A stretch of DNA of 64,000 nt, taken from the NCBI GenBank assembly GCA_035559535.1, contig DATMBG010000007.1, positions 1-64,000 on the forward strand. The letters are read 5' to 3'. Of this stretch, positions 30,504 to 40,715 are shown one piece after another. Positions within the stretch are counted from its first letter, which is position 1, and every line of letters begins with the position of its first letter. Below the pieces are notes generated by a model that did no database searches, was not told the DNA's origin, and worked only from the letters and a program-made list of their open reading frames with translations. The position numbers were made by a program, and so were the translations under genes. This DNA comes from Candidatus Limnocylindrales bacterium. Lineage in GTDB: Bacteria; Moduliflexota; Moduliflexia; Moduliflexales; JAUQPW01.

Positions 30504-31124
30504 ATGAAAAACTCTAAACCCTTTAACCAGACCCGTCGTGAATTTTTGCAAGCTTGTTTTACAATACCGGCTATAGGCGCAATGGTACTACACGATGGGT
30601 TAGAGGTTATTGCCCAGACACAAGAATTACCGCCAACTCCGGCTTGTGGGGATGAGGAGGACCTCACTCCATCCAACGCAGAAGGTCCTTTTTTCAAACC
30701 TAAATCTCCCAGGCGGACTTCGTTACTGGAACCGGGTATTACAGGGACTAAACTCATCGTTACAGGATACGTTCTTTCGACAGATTGTAAGCCGATTACG
30801 GGAGCCCTTTTAGACTTTTGGCATGCAGACGCCAAAGGCGTCTACGATAATGTGGGCTACAAATTGCGAGGCCACCAGTTCTCTGATGAAGCCGGACGCT
30901 ATCATCTGGAAACCATTGTTCCCGGGCTATATCCAGGAAGGACGCGCCACATCCATGTAAAAGTCCAGGCACCCAATAAACCGATTCTGACTACCCAGCT
31001 CTACTTTCCCGGAGAGCAACTTAACCAGACCGATTTTATCTTTAGACCTGAGCTACTCATGAAAGTTCAGGATTCCAACGAAGGCAAGACGGCTACATTT
31101 AACTTTGTTCTGGATGTGAGTTAG
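30504..31124 (+). CDS. Intradiol ring-cleavage dioxygenase-like protein, Tat signal
   Basis: TRREFL, EGPFF, DFWHADAKGVYD, LRGHQ, PGLYPGRTRHIHVKV. GAGGAGG RBS before ATG 30504. Confidence 0.9.
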   Translation: MKNSKPFNQTRREFLQACFTIPAIGAMVLHDGLEVIAQTQELPPTPACGDEEDLTPSNAEGPFFKPKSPRRTSLLEPGITGTKLIVTGYVLSTDCKPITGALLDFWHADAKGVYDNVGYKLRGHQFSDEAGRYHLETIVPGLYPGRTRHIHVKVQAPNKPILTTQLYFPGEQLNQTDFIFRPELLMKVQDSNEGKTATFNFVLDVS

Positions 31125-31139
31125 TAAAACGAGAGCTCT

Positions 31140-32231
31140 ATGAACCAGGATCGTGTTTTCAACGCTAAAAGGCGTAAACTTTTACGGAAGTATATCCCTC
31201 TTAGCGAGAATATAGTCACTCTGGGGCTCTTTGGTATTCTGATAGGTATAAGTCTCTGGGTCTTTGCCCAGAGACACCACTATGATCCTAAAGAGCGGAC
31301 CCTTTCCCCGGAACAACTCCTGCAAAGCTCCCATCCAGAAAAACTGTATACCCCGCCCTTAAAACCCTGGGTGGAGCCGGGGATGGATATCAAACCTGCC
31401 ACCGCCGACCTGGGTATATTTCCCGAGACCATCCTGGATCAGGACTGGCAGCTCGCGTCTCGTTTGAAACAGTTCAATCCGAACAATCTTTTTGAAAAGA
31501 TCGACGGAGAAGCTGAAAAATTCATTCGACAAGGATTTAAGTCGCTGTATTATATCGTATTAAAATCAAAGGATGACGGAAGTGAATTGTCGATTGAGCT
31601 TTTTGATCAGGGTAGTACCACAGGAAGTATAGGGATTTTTTCGGATCATTGGTCCGATGATAAGGAGATTCAACAGAATGGTCCGGTGACCTTTTTCAAA
31701 ACCTCCAACGGAGTCATTGGAAGAAAAGGCAGGTACTTTTTTAGAATAGCCGGAGATCGGGAAAGTGAAAAGATCCGCAAAAAATCCGAACAGGTGGCTG
31801 GAGCCTTTTCCCAATTAGAAGAACCTGAGGAAAGTGTTTCAGAGGAGTTTCAAATCCTCAGCCGGGGGTTGGAGATTCCCTCCAGCCTGATCACATTTCA
31901 AAGTAAGAACGTTTTTCAATTTGATTTTCTCAAAGATTTTTGGTTTGGCCAATTCAATCCCAACGATCCTGCCCGAGCTTTTGTTCATCAAGCGGGGTCC
32001 CCGGAGGAAGCCAAAAAGCTGTTCGAGGAAATCCTCAATGAACAGAGCCTCGACTATGAGAAGGTTGAAGAGACAGTATGGGGGGTCATACTGCAACATA
32101 ATTATTTGAAAAACTATTTTGTGATAAGTCAGCAAGGTTCTTTTATCTTCGGGATTGAAAACCTGGCCGACAAAAACCAAATTCAACCGATCATGGAGAA
32201 ATTTGTAAGGGGGTTTCAGCATGGGCAGTAA
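31140..32231 (+). CDS. Membrane-anchored protein, DUF6599-like
   Basis: N-terminal TM helix, NLFEKIDGEAEKFI..GF motif. Overlaps the DUF362 gene. Confidence 0.6.
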   Translation: MNQDRVFNAKRRKLLRKYIPLSENIVTLGLFGILIGISLWVFAQRHHYDPKERTLSPEQLLQSSHPEKLYTPPLKPWVEPGMDIKPATADLGIFPETILDQDWQLASRLKQFNPNNLFEKIDGEAEKFIRQGFKSLYYIVLKSKDDGSELSIELFDQGSTTGSIGIFSDHWSDDKEIQQNGPVTFFKTSNGVIGRKGRYFFRIAGDRESEKIRKKSEQVAGAFSQLEEPEESVSEEFQILSRGLEIPSSLITFQSKNVFQFDFLKDFWFGQFNPNDPARAFVHQAGSPEEAKKLFEEILNEQSLDYEKVEETVWGVILQHNYLKNYFVISQQGSFIFGIENLADKNQIQPIMEKFVRGFQHGQ

Positions 32232-33255
32232 AAAATATCCACATGCAGACTATCAAAAAGAACCTGTAAGCCGGCGAGAGTTTATCAAACAGGGGGTTGC
32301 CGTTGCAGCCATGAGCGCGGCAGCAGGCTATTTGATGCTGGCTCCTGAAAACTACCCTCTCTCATTAAGAGACGTTACCGGCTTACGAAGTCAACCTAAA
32401 GAAAAACCATTTCAATTACCCGATTTTCGGGTCCCCAAGGAAGCCGGGGTTTTTGATATCGGTATAGGCCGGAAGGGAAGTATAGGTGTTAAACTGAGAA
32501 AAGCCCTGGATGCCATTGGTGGAATCACCCGATACATAAAACCCGGAGATGTGGTTCTCATCAAACCCAATGTCGCCTTTGATCGCCCACCCATGTTAGG
32601 AGCCACCACTAATCCGGAGATCATTGAAGAGCTGATCCGTCTTTTATTGGTAGAGGGTCGCGCTCGAGAAGTGCGGGTGGCCGATAATCCCATTGAATCG
32701 CCCGTAGATTGTTTCGCCAAGAGCGGAATTCGTTTAGCTACCGAACGCGCAGGAGGGAAGGTTTATCTTCCGGATAGTAATGCCTTCGAAATTTTGTACA
32801 CCCCTGGTGCCACGTTAATCGAACGATGGCCTTTTTTCAAAAGACCCTTTCAGAATGTAAATAAAGTCATCGGGGTGGCTCCGGTGAAGGATCATAATCT
32901 CTGCTATGCTTCCATGGGAATCAAAAACTGGTACGGGCTCCTGGGGGGTCGCCGGAATCAGTTCCATCAGAATATCCATGAAATTGTCTCGGATCTGTCT
33001 ATCATGATCAAACCAACTTTGACGATTCTGGATGGAACTCGCATTCTAATGAAAAACGGCCCTACCGGAGGCGATCCCTCAGATGTTAAACCGGCAGATG
33101 TGATTATGGCCGGGGTTGATCCGGTCGCCATGGATGCCTGGGCCTTTGAAAATCTTCTGGAACGAAAGGAAAAACTCCCGGAGTATCTTTACAAAGCCGA
33201 GCAAAAGGGAAGCGGAAAGATAGATTTCCGGGGAAGAATCAAGGAGGTTGTATGA
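32221..33255 (+). CDS. DUF362 domain protein, Tat signal
   Basis: [46 protein letters not shown]. Confidence 0.88.
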   Translation: MGSKKYPHADYQKEPVSRREFIKQGVAVAAMSAAAGYLMLAPENYPLSLRDVTGLRSQPKEKPFQLPDFRVPKEAGVFDIGIGRKGSIGVKLRKALDAIGGITRYIKPGDVVLIKPNVAFDRPPMLGATTNPEIIEELIRLLLVEGRAREVRVADNPIESPVDCFAKSGIRLATERAGGKVYLPDSNAFEILYTPGATLIERWPFFKRPFQNVNKVIGVAPVKDHNLCYASMGIKNWYGLLGGRRNQFHQNIHEIVSDLSIMIKPTLTILDGTRILMKNGPTGGDPSDVKPADVIMAGVDPVAMDAWAFENLLERKEKLPEYLYKAEQKGSGKIDFRGRIKEVV

Positions 33256-34898
33256 GTCTATCCAGACCCGTTACCCTTCAAGAAAAAACACGAAAATTCT
33301 TACGCCTCACGCAGGTACGGGTTTTTTCCCAGGTGGTATTCTTCGGATTGTTCCTATTTTCAGTCTGGGCAACCTGGACCTCTCGCCTGGAAGGTTATCC
33401 TGTTTCCAGGCTTTTGGAAATGGATCCCCTGGTTGCAGTTTCTACGGCCTTGTCTACCGGATATATCTACCGGTACCTGGGATGGGCCCTGGGAATTATC
33501 GTACTGACCTTCCTCTTTGGAAGGGTTTTCTGTAACTGGATCTGTCCGTTTGGAACCTTACATCAATTTGTAAATTACCTTTTTAATATCCAACCCAACT
33601 CAAAACGGATCGAGCAAAACCGATATCACCCGGCTCAGTATTTTAAATACGCCATCCTGGTGGTTTTTTTGATTATGGCGGCATTGGGAGCCCTCCAGAT
33701 TGGGCTGTTAGATCCTATTGTCATGATGTATCGGGGTTTTGCAACTTTTGTATCTTCAGCCTGGAACATGCTGATAAGCGCTATAACCCCCCTCTTTGCC
33801 AGGGTCAGAATCGAAGCCTCCTGGTCGGATACTTTAAAGTTCTCTCCGGGTGTAGCCCACAGGGTTTTTGTGGGATCCTTTTGGATTGGTTTATGGTTTC
33901 TCCTTTTTGTAGCTTTAAATCTTTGGAAACCCAGGTTTTTCTGCCGATTCGTTTGTCCTTTGGGAGCTTTTTTGGGGGTACTTGCCCGTTACTCGCTCTT
34001 TAGAATCAATCGAGATGTCACAAAATGCACCGACTGTAACCTGTGCCTGACCCGCTGTGAAGGGGCTGCAGATCCCCAAAGTATGGTCCGAAAAAGCGAG
34101 TGTTTTTCTTGTATGAATTGTATCGACGATTGTCCGGAAGATGCACTCCAATTTACCATGATGGGACTGGATAGGAAACAGGTAGTTGAAGCCCCGGATA
34201 TCTCCCGACGTCGCCTCGTTTTTGCCGGGATTACCGGATTGCTGGCTTTTCCTCTACTTCGAAATAATGGAACCGCCACCGATGAGAATTTCTCTCCCCA
34301 CATGATTCGACCGCCCGGTTCGGTAGCCGAGCCTGAATTTTTAAAAAAATGTATCAAGTGCGATCAGTGTATTAACATGTGCCCCACCAACGTTCTGCAA
34401 CCGGCAACCCTCAAGGAAGGGGGTTTTGAAACGCTCTGGACCCCCGTTATGAATTTCAATATCGGTCATTGCCAGCTTAACTGTACCCTCTGTTCCGAAG
34501 TTTGTCCCACCGGAGCCATTCGTAAAATCACCGTCGCTGAAAAACTGGGTAAGGGTGAGTATACCCAGAAAGGACCCATTGTCCTGGGAACTGCTTTTAT
34601 CAACACCACCCGATGTCTCCCCTGGGCGAACCAGATTCCCTGTGTGGTGTGCGAAGAGGTTTGTCCTGTTTCACCCAAAGCCATACAGACCATCGATGAA
34701 GAAGTCAAAGATGTTTTTGGGAAAAGGGTCATCCTGAATAAACCTTTTATCGTTCCAGATTTATGCATCGGCTGTGGTATCTGCCAGCATGAGTGCCCAG
34801 TTCAGGACGACCCTGCGGTTTATGTAACCGCCATCGGGGAAAGTCGATCCAAGAGCCGCAGACTTTTACTCCATTTCAGGAGTAGTACAAGTAACTGA
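33252..34898 (+). CDS. Membrane polyferredoxin (NapH/MauN-like fused to NapG/MauM-like)
   Basis: [23 protein letters not shown], several CxxCxxCxxxCP motifs, internal SRRRL and IRPPG. Confidence 0.9.
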   Translation: MSLSRPVTLQEKTRKFLRLTQVRVFSQVVFFGLFLFSVWATWTSRLEGYPVSRLLEMDPLVAVSTALSTGYIYRYLGWALGIIVLTFLFGRVFCNWICPFGTLHQFVNYLFNIQPNSKRIEQNRYHPAQYFKYAILVVFLIMAALGALQIGLLDPIVMMYRGFATFVSSAWNMLISAITPLFARVRIEASWSDTLKFSPGVAHRVFVGSFWIGLWFLLFVALNLWKPRFFCRFVCPLGAFLGVLARYSLFRINRDVTKCTDCNLCLTRCEGAADPQSMVRKSECFSCMNCIDDCPEDALQFTMMGLDRKQVVEAPDISRRRLVFAGITGLLAFPLLRNNGTATDENFSPHMIRPPGSVAEPEFLKKCIKCDQCINMCPTNVLQPATLKEGGFETLWTPVMNFNIGHCQLNCTLCSEVCPTGAIRKITVAEKLGKGEYTQKGPIVLGTAFINTTRCLPWANQIPCVVCEEVCPVSPKAIQTIDEEVKDVFGKRVILNKPFIVPDLCIGCGICQHECPVQDDPAVYVTAIGESRSKSRRLLLHFRSSTSN

Positions 34899-34911
34899 GG
34901 AACGGAGGTTT

Positions 34912-35012
34912 TGGGACGTGGAGACATTGAGACGCGGAGACTAGGAGACACGGAGACGCGGGGAAATGTCTCAATGTCTCCGCGTCTCCGTGTCCCAAAG
35001 TTCCCGTGTCCC
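34912..35012. repeat. GGAGACRC octamer tandem-repeat inverted element
   Basis: gggacgtggagacattgagacgcggagactaggagacacggagacgcgggg followed by gtctcaatgtctccgcgtctccgtgtccc. Confidence 0.85.
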
Positions 35013-35026
35013 AGAGGATATTTGCC

Positions 35027-36262
35027 ATGGAAGAAAAAAATATCGGACGTCGAGGTTTTCTTAAAACTGTCACTCTGACCGCAGCCGGGATCCTTACCAC
35101 CAGTTCTTGCTCAGAAACGGCAAACAAACCCTCTAAAACGGCGGAATCCTCCACCGAGACAGCAACAGCCGAACAACCTGCCGAATCACCGGCCATGCCT
35201 GTCCGGGAGTTGGGTAAAACCGGGGTCAAAATTCCCATTTTGGGATTGGGAACTTCTCAAAGCCTGGATCCCGTTTATGACAAAGTCATGCATCTTTGCT
35301 TTAAAGAAGGAGTAACCTATCTGGATACGGCTCTTTCCTATGGCTGGGGAGCTTCCCATCGAGCTATTGCCAACTTTATTAAGCAAATCGGAGATCGAAA
35401 AAAAGTCTGGATTACTTCAAAATCAGGAAATCGAACTCCTGAAGGTCTTATCGCCGATATCGATAAATGCCTGGCCGAATTGCAAACCGATTATCTGGAT
35501 TTGTATCTCATGCACGGAATTGATGATATCGGTATGTTAGATAAAGCTTTTATCGAAGCAGGAGACAGGTTACGTAAGTCTGGAAAAACCAGGTTTTTTG
35601 GCTTTTCCTGTCATGGCGGAGATGTTGTGAAACTCTTGAATAAAGCTGCAGAGGTCGGTGGAATTGATGCCATTCTTTTCCGCTATAATTTTCGACAGTA
35701 CGGAGATCGGGAGTTAAACCTGGCCATAGATGCCTGTAGTAAAGCCGGCATCGGCCTGCTGGCTATGAAAACCATGGCATCGGTTCCAGGGGATATTGAA
35801 AAGGTTGTGGAATTTCGTTCCCAGAACTTTACCTTAGGTCAGGCCAAGCTAAAATCTGTTTGGGCGGATACACGGATAGCGTCTATTATTTCCGAGATGG
35901 ATAGTGTTAAAATTGCCCGTGAGAACATTGCAGCCGCCAAGTCTCAAAAAACCATCAAAGCAGAAGAAATGCATCAATTGAATCGGCTGGCAGCACTTAC
36001 AGCCAGCTATGCCTGTAATGGATGTTCTCATCTTTGTGAATCGGCTGTAAATGGAAAGATAGCCATTGCCGACTCCTTGAGGTATTTGATGTATTATGAA
36101 TGTTACGGTAAACAAGCCCGTGCCCGGGAACTCTATCAGGCCCTTCCTTTGGAGGCCAGAAACTTTGACATCGAAGACTTGAAAAAAGCCAGTGCGGTTT
36201 GCCCCCAAAAGATCGATATTGCCGCTCGATTAAGTAAAGCCAGGTCCTTGCTGGCCGGTTAA
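35027..36262 (+). CDS. Aldo/keto reductase with Tat signal and C-terminal Cys cluster
   Basis: GRRGFLK, RELGKTG, YLDTA.SYG, ITSK, LQTDYLDLYLMHG, CNGCSHLC...VCPQ. Confidence 0.9.
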   Translation: MEEKNIGRRGFLKTVTLTAAGILTTSSCSETANKPSKTAESSTETATAEQPAESPAMPVRELGKTGVKIPILGLGTSQSLDPVYDKVMHLCFKEGVTYLDTALSYGWGASHRAIANFIKQIGDRKKVWITSKSGNRTPEGLIADIDKCLAELQTDYLDLYLMHGIDDIGMLDKAFIEAGDRLRKSGKTRFFGFSCHGGDVVKLLNKAAEVGGIDAILFRYNFRQYGDRELNLAIDACSKAGIGLLAMKTMASVPGDIEKVVEFRSQNFTLGQAKLKSVWADTRIASIISEMDSVKIARENIAAAKSQKTIKAEEMHQLNRLAALTASYACNGCSHLCESAVNGKIAIADSLRYLMYYECYGKQARARELYQALPLEARNFDIEDLKKASAVCPQKIDIAARLSKARSLLAG

Positions 36263-36415
36263 TTTAAGTTCTTCTTCTTCAATTGGAAATGGCCTGACCC
36301 GTGGACGTTTCTGATTTTTCCGTTGACTTTCTGTAAACTCTGAGATATGGAACAGTTCTAGAAGAGGTAGAAAAAATTGTTTTTTAGAAGTCACCTAAAT
36401 TAAAGGAGATGGGCC

Positions 36416-37507
36416 ATGAATACCTATCGAAGTGATGTGGTCGGTAGCCTGTTGCGTCCGGACTATCTGAAAGAAGCTCGGGAACGCTATGAGTCGGGAG
36501 CCCTCAGTGATGCAGCGTTCAAGCGAATTGAGGACCGGGCCGTTGACGAAGCCGTTGCTCTCCAAATTCGTGCAGGGGTGGATGTAATCAGTGATGGGGA
36601 GATGCGACGATATGCTTTCTTCGGTCATCTTATCGATGCGGTGGAAGGGTTTGATAAATTTGGTGGCTGGGCTATCCCTTTTCGAGATGAGCAAGGGACG
36701 GAACTGGTTTTTAAACGACCTGTGGTGGTCTCCCGCTTGCGGAGACGGCGCCACCTGTGTGCCGAAGAATTTACCTATCTTCGGGCTCGTACCGACCGCC
36801 CTGCTAAGGCTACATTAATCAGCGCTCAACAGGCGGCAGCCTATTACGAGCCCGAGAAATCGAGGGGAGCCTATGCTACCATCGATGCTTATTTATCCGA
36901 CCTGGTGGATATCCTGCGTGAAGAAGTAGCTGAATTGATCCGTCTGGGTTGTACCTATATCCAGATCGATAGTCCGCAATATGCCGCCTTGGTGGATCCT
37001 CAACACCGTGAAGGATATCGGCAGCGAGGTAACGACCCGGATCGTCTTCTTGATCGGTGTATTGAAATGGATAATGCCGTGATCGGTAACCATCCCGGGA
37101 TTCTCTTCGCATTACATATCTGTCGAGGGAACTACCGGAGCAAGTTCCACAGCCGGGGGGATTATGGACCGATCACCAAAGTTTTCCGTCATACCCACTT
37201 TCAACGCTTTCTGCTGGAATATGACGATGCACGTTCAGGAGGCTTCGAGCCGTTACAATATGTTCCTGAGGACAGAACCGTCGTTCTTGGATTGGTGACC
37301 ACCAAGAAAGCCGAACTTGAAAGCAAAGAAGAGTTGAAACGACGCATTCGGGAAGCCCAGGCTTTCATCCCCCTGGAGAGGTTAGCCTTGAGTACCCAGT
37401 GTGGATTTGCCTCAACCCTGGAGGGGAATCTCCTCACACCTGCAGATCAGGAAGCCAAGTTACGCCTTGTGGCCGAAACTGCTCGGGAAGTATGGGGCGA
37501 ATCCTGA
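36416..37507 (+). CDS. Cobalamin-independent methionine synthase II (MetE C-terminal-like) family protein
   Basis: VVGSLLRP, GVDVISDGEMRR, Zn ligands in HICRGN, LEYD and QCGFAS. Confidence 0.9.
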   Translation: MNTYRSDVVGSLLRPDYLKEARERYESGALSDAAFKRIEDRAVDEAVALQIRAGVDVISDGEMRRYAFFGHLIDAVEGFDKFGGWAIPFRDEQGTELVFKRPVVVSRLRRRRHLCAEEFTYLRARTDRPAKATLISAQQAAAYYEPEKSRGAYATIDAYLSDLVDILREEVAELIRLGCTYIQIDSPQYAALVDPQHREGYRQRGNDPDRLLDRCIEMDNAVIGNHPGILFALHICRGNYRSKFHSRGDYGPITKVFRHTHFQRFLLEYDDARSGGFEPLQYVPEDRTVVLGLVTTKKAELESKEELKRRIREAQAFIPLERLALSTQCGFASTLEGNLLTPADQEAKLRLVAETAREVWGES

Positions 37508-37554
37508 AAGAAGGATCTGTTCATAAGATTTTTCAAACCTGAAAGGAGATAAAA

Positions 37555-38385
37555 ATGACCGGAGGAGTTATTGCAAGTGCTGTAGCGTCGCATACCCCCA
37601 GAATGGCCTTTGAGGAAAAAACCCCAGAATTTCAACGGGGTTTGGTCATGGGTTCTAAGGAAATGGGCGCCGCGTTGCGGGCTTTGCAACCGGATTTGTT
37701 TGTTATCAACTCGGCACACTGGGTTTCCAGCTTTAACTGGTACGCAACCTGTCAGAATCCCCATGAAGGGATCTGTGTAGCTGAGGAGGCACCGGATCTG
37801 ATTCCCGGAATTCCTTATAGACGTAAAGGAGACCCGGAATTTGCCAGGGTCTTTGTGGAGACTCTGCAACGCGCCGGCATCCCTTGTTTTCGTAATGAAT
37901 CGCCCCATTACGAATGGGATTATGGGGCCTTGGTACCCCTCCTCTACCTCGACCCGGAGGCGACGATACCCGTTGTGGAAATTCCTACCTGCCTTTCTGC
38001 AGATCATGGGGAATGCTTACGTGTCGGACAGCTTATCCACGCAATCGGCAAAGAAACCGGTCGACGCATTATATTTATCGCAAGTTGCGCTTTATCCCAT
38101 AAAATCGTGCGGGGACCCCATTTATGGCCTACCCCTGAGCGGATCGAGATGGACCACCGCTTTATGGATTTAATGCAACAGGGTCATATTTCCCAATTAC
38201 TGGCCTGGTTCCCTGAGTACAGCCGTGATGCCGTTGCCGAGATGGGGGGTCGTGTCCTCGCCACGATGCTGGGGACTTTAGAGGCACTCGCTCAGGAAGG
38301 CGTTAAACTAACCGGTCGAAAATACGGTGACTATGCTCCATCATCCGGTAGCGGTAATGCAAATATTGCCGTATATCCCATTTAA
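37555..38385 (+). CDS. LigB-type (class III) extradiol dioxygenase subunit
   Basis: SHTP, SAHW, GDPEFA, WDYGALVPL.YL, ASCALSH, AEMG. Confidence 0.8.
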   Translation: MTGGVIASAVASHTPRMAFEEKTPEFQRGLVMGSKEMGAALRALQPDLFVINSAHWVSSFNWYATCQNPHEGICVAEEAPDLIPGIPYRRKGDPEFARVFVETLQRAGIPCFRNESPHYEWDYGALVPLLYLDPEATIPVVEIPTCLSADHGECLRVGQLIHAIGKETGRRIIFIASCALSHKIVRGPHLWPTPERIEMDHRFMDLMQQGHISQLLAWFPEYSRDAVAEMGGRVLATMLGTLEALAQEGVKLTGRKYGDYAPSSGSGNANIAVYPI

Positions 38386-38541
38386 TCGTCCAGGGTGTTG
38401 ACTTTAAGGTAAGTAACAAATAAGGTAAAATGCCATCTCAACCGGAGGAACCTCCGATTTGTTCTACAGATAGGGCGATGTCCCGATTCAGGGAAATTAC
38501 CCTCTAACTCTCAATACCCCTGAACCTGAACCCCTATAGCT

Positions 38542-38922
38542 GTGAAAGAAAACATGTCAAAGAAAGAACAATATGAAAAGCGTTATGAGGATCTCATCGG
38601 TTTTGTACCCCCACGGATTCAGCATCGGATCGCCCTGGGTCTTGAAGTGGATCCGGACCTTCTGGATCAGGTAGAAGAGCTTCGTGCACGTGCCATGTAC
38701 CCAAAGTCAATGGATATTAAGACGGCCCAATTGATCCTGTTTGCCGTGTTACTATCCCAGATTTCCCCTGCTTCCGAATATCACGCACGTGCTGCCGTAC
38801 GCGCCGGAGCGACCCGTGAGGAATTACACGATGTTGCAGGACTGGTCTTTTTGTTTCGCGGTCTCCCCGCGTTTAACCTGGCGGCCGAAGTCATCAACAA
38901 AATTTTTCCACCCCGGGAATAA
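38542..38922 (+). CDS. Carboxymuconolactone decarboxylase family protein
   Basis: MDIKTAQLILFA, HARAAVRAGATREEL, GLPAF. Confidence 0.8.
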   Translation: MKENMSKKEQYEKRYEDLIGFVPPRIQHRIALGLEVDPDLLDQVEELRARAMYPKSMDIKTAQLILFAVLLSQISPASEYHARAAVRAGATREELHDVAGLVFLFRGLPAFNLAAEVINKIFPPRE

Positions 38923-39057
38923 TACCATTTCTACGTTGAAATATCCCTTAAACGGTAGGGGGATCCAGTGGGGCTGTCTTGTTTAAGGACGATCCTGGAT
39001 GATCACCTTGTAGATTACAGGTTATATGATATGATATTTCTATCTGGGTCTGGTATA
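38922..39057 (+). repeat. REP/MITE-like element (ATACCATTTCTACGTTGAAA...TGGTAT)
   Basis: Shares its 20-nt end with 17272-17291 and ends in TGGTAT, complementary to its start. Confidence 0.65.
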
Positions 39058-39226
39058 ACAAGTTGAGGAGGACCCTTTAAGGAGGCCCTTAACGGGAAAA
39101 AGGTTAAATCTATTTTTTCGCACCTCCAACTCGATCTATAATTTTGAAGTTTTGTATAATGGTTCCGTTCCTGCCTCAGGTTCCATTCAACAAAAGTAGA
39201 GTTTGATGAAAGGAGAATAAAAAGCC

Positions 39227-39682
39227 ATGGAAATAACGGGTATTCATCACACCAGCTTTACAGTTAGCAATCTGAAACGCTCTATCGATTTTTATCAGGG
39301 TATTTTGGGTTTTCCTATTGTGATGGAAAAAGAGCTAACAGGTACAGAAGCCGAAACGATCACAGCCCTTCCCGGCGCTCATCTTCTTATCGCTCATTTG
39401 AAGGCAGGTGAATATCAAACCATAGAGCTCATTCAGTACCTGGCTCCTCAGGGAAAGGTTTTAGATACCACAACCTGCAATGTGGGGAGTGCTCATATCT
39501 GCTTTGTAGTTCCTGATATAAAGAAAGCCTATCAGGAATTGAAAGCAAAGGGGGTACGTTTTAAATCAGAACCTATCCGCCTCTCCAGCGGTAAAAGTAA
39601 AGGGGGGTATGCGGTTTATTTCCGGGATCCCGATGGGATTACTTTAGAGTTGTTTCAAAGACCTCCCTCTATGGCCATCTAA
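39227..39682 (+). CDS. VOC/glyoxalase family protein
   Basis: HHTSFTVSNL..SIDFY, IELIQY, HICF.V.DI, YFRDPDGITLELFQ. Confidence 0.92.
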   Translation: MEITGIHHTSFTVSNLKRSIDFYQGILGFPIVMEKELTGTEAETITALPGAHLLIAHLKAGEYQTIELIQYLAPQGKVLDTTTCNVGSAHICFVVPDIKKAYQELKAKGVRFKSEPIRLSSGKSKGGYAVYFRDPDGITLELFQRPPSMAI

Positions 39683-39866
39683 AGATGGATAAATAACCGA
39701 AAAAAGGCCACTCCGGAGATTTTTATGGTATAAAAAATTTTTCAAAAATTTTTATTTTGAGCTTGACAAAGGACCCAACTTTGATGTAGTCAGGATTGGT
39801 TAGTGGGTCTATAACAGTCCTCTGTTTGACCAACCTCTTTCAACCTTTTTCAAAGGAGTAAAGTCT

Positions 39867-40451
39867 GTGATGGATTCCAACATAAAAGTACCTTACCAAA
39901 CCTGGATAACGCGTTTACCGAATGCAAAAGTACTCTTAACGGGTTTGGTTATGTTCGGACTCATCGGCTTGGTAACCTTTGCTGCACTGCGTGAGATAAA
40001 TGTTACTACGACAAATAGTGTGGGAACCATGATCGAGCCTTTGCGACCAGCCTTTACTGAGGCAGAAGAAGCGTATGTTTCGGCATTATGGCCTATTCAT
40101 AGTGATGTAAAACTCAGTGCGGTCAGTATGACATTTGCCGGTCTTTACTACAAGCTAGGGGAAATCGATCGAAATACCCTGAAATCTAGGCTTAAACCGG
40201 TCGCCGAGAATTTTGAAAAGGCGGCTTTTCGGCTTCGCCAGATAGAACCCCCGGTATCCATGGAAAAGATTCACTGGAACTATGTGAGGGCCGTGAAGCT
40301 TTATCAGGATTCTATTACAGAAATGACCAAAGTACTCGATGACGGTCGTGACGAGCATTTAATTGCCGCCCAGGCGCAAAGTGAGCAGGCAGCAACCATT
40401 CTGCTCAAAGTGAGTAGTGAATTGTGGCCCGGAGAGTATAAGCCGAACTAA
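39867..40451 (+). CDS. Hypothetical membrane-anchored helical protein
   Basis: GGAG RBS, one TM segment, then an amphipathic helical domain ending LWPGEYKPN. Confidence 0.7.
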   Translation: MMDSNIKVPYQTWITRLPNAKVLLTGLVMFGLIGLVTFAALREINVTTTNSVGTMIEPLRPAFTEAEEAYVSALWPIHSDVKLSAVSMTFAGLYYKLGEIDRNTLKSRLKPVAENFEKAAFRLRQIEPPVSMEKIHWNYVRAVKLYQDSITEMTKVLDDGRDEHLIAAQAQSEQAATILLKVSSELWPGEYKPN

Positions 40452-40715
40452 TTATCCAGAAAGAAGGATAAATAACCCTTCAGCGGCATTCAGGAATAGA
40501 CTTTTTGTATATCTTCCCTCTGGAGGGGTGGGAAGTCATAAACTTTTAAAGGATGGTGTCTCTCTGAGAGACCCCATGAAGAGGAGAGTTAGGGATCTTT
40601 CCTCTTCTTTTTAAAAGCCGTTAAAACCCTATGATCAACCTCCCTACCCGTAGATTTGTAATGTCAGACTTGGATATTACAAATTCATAGGTAAGGGTTA
40701 TCCCAGGAGGAAAAC

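Noticed and set aside
36263..36415. Cobalamin or SAM riboswitch before the MetE-like gene (also checked before mtnA)
   Set aside because: The spacer is short and I could not find the conserved core motifs.
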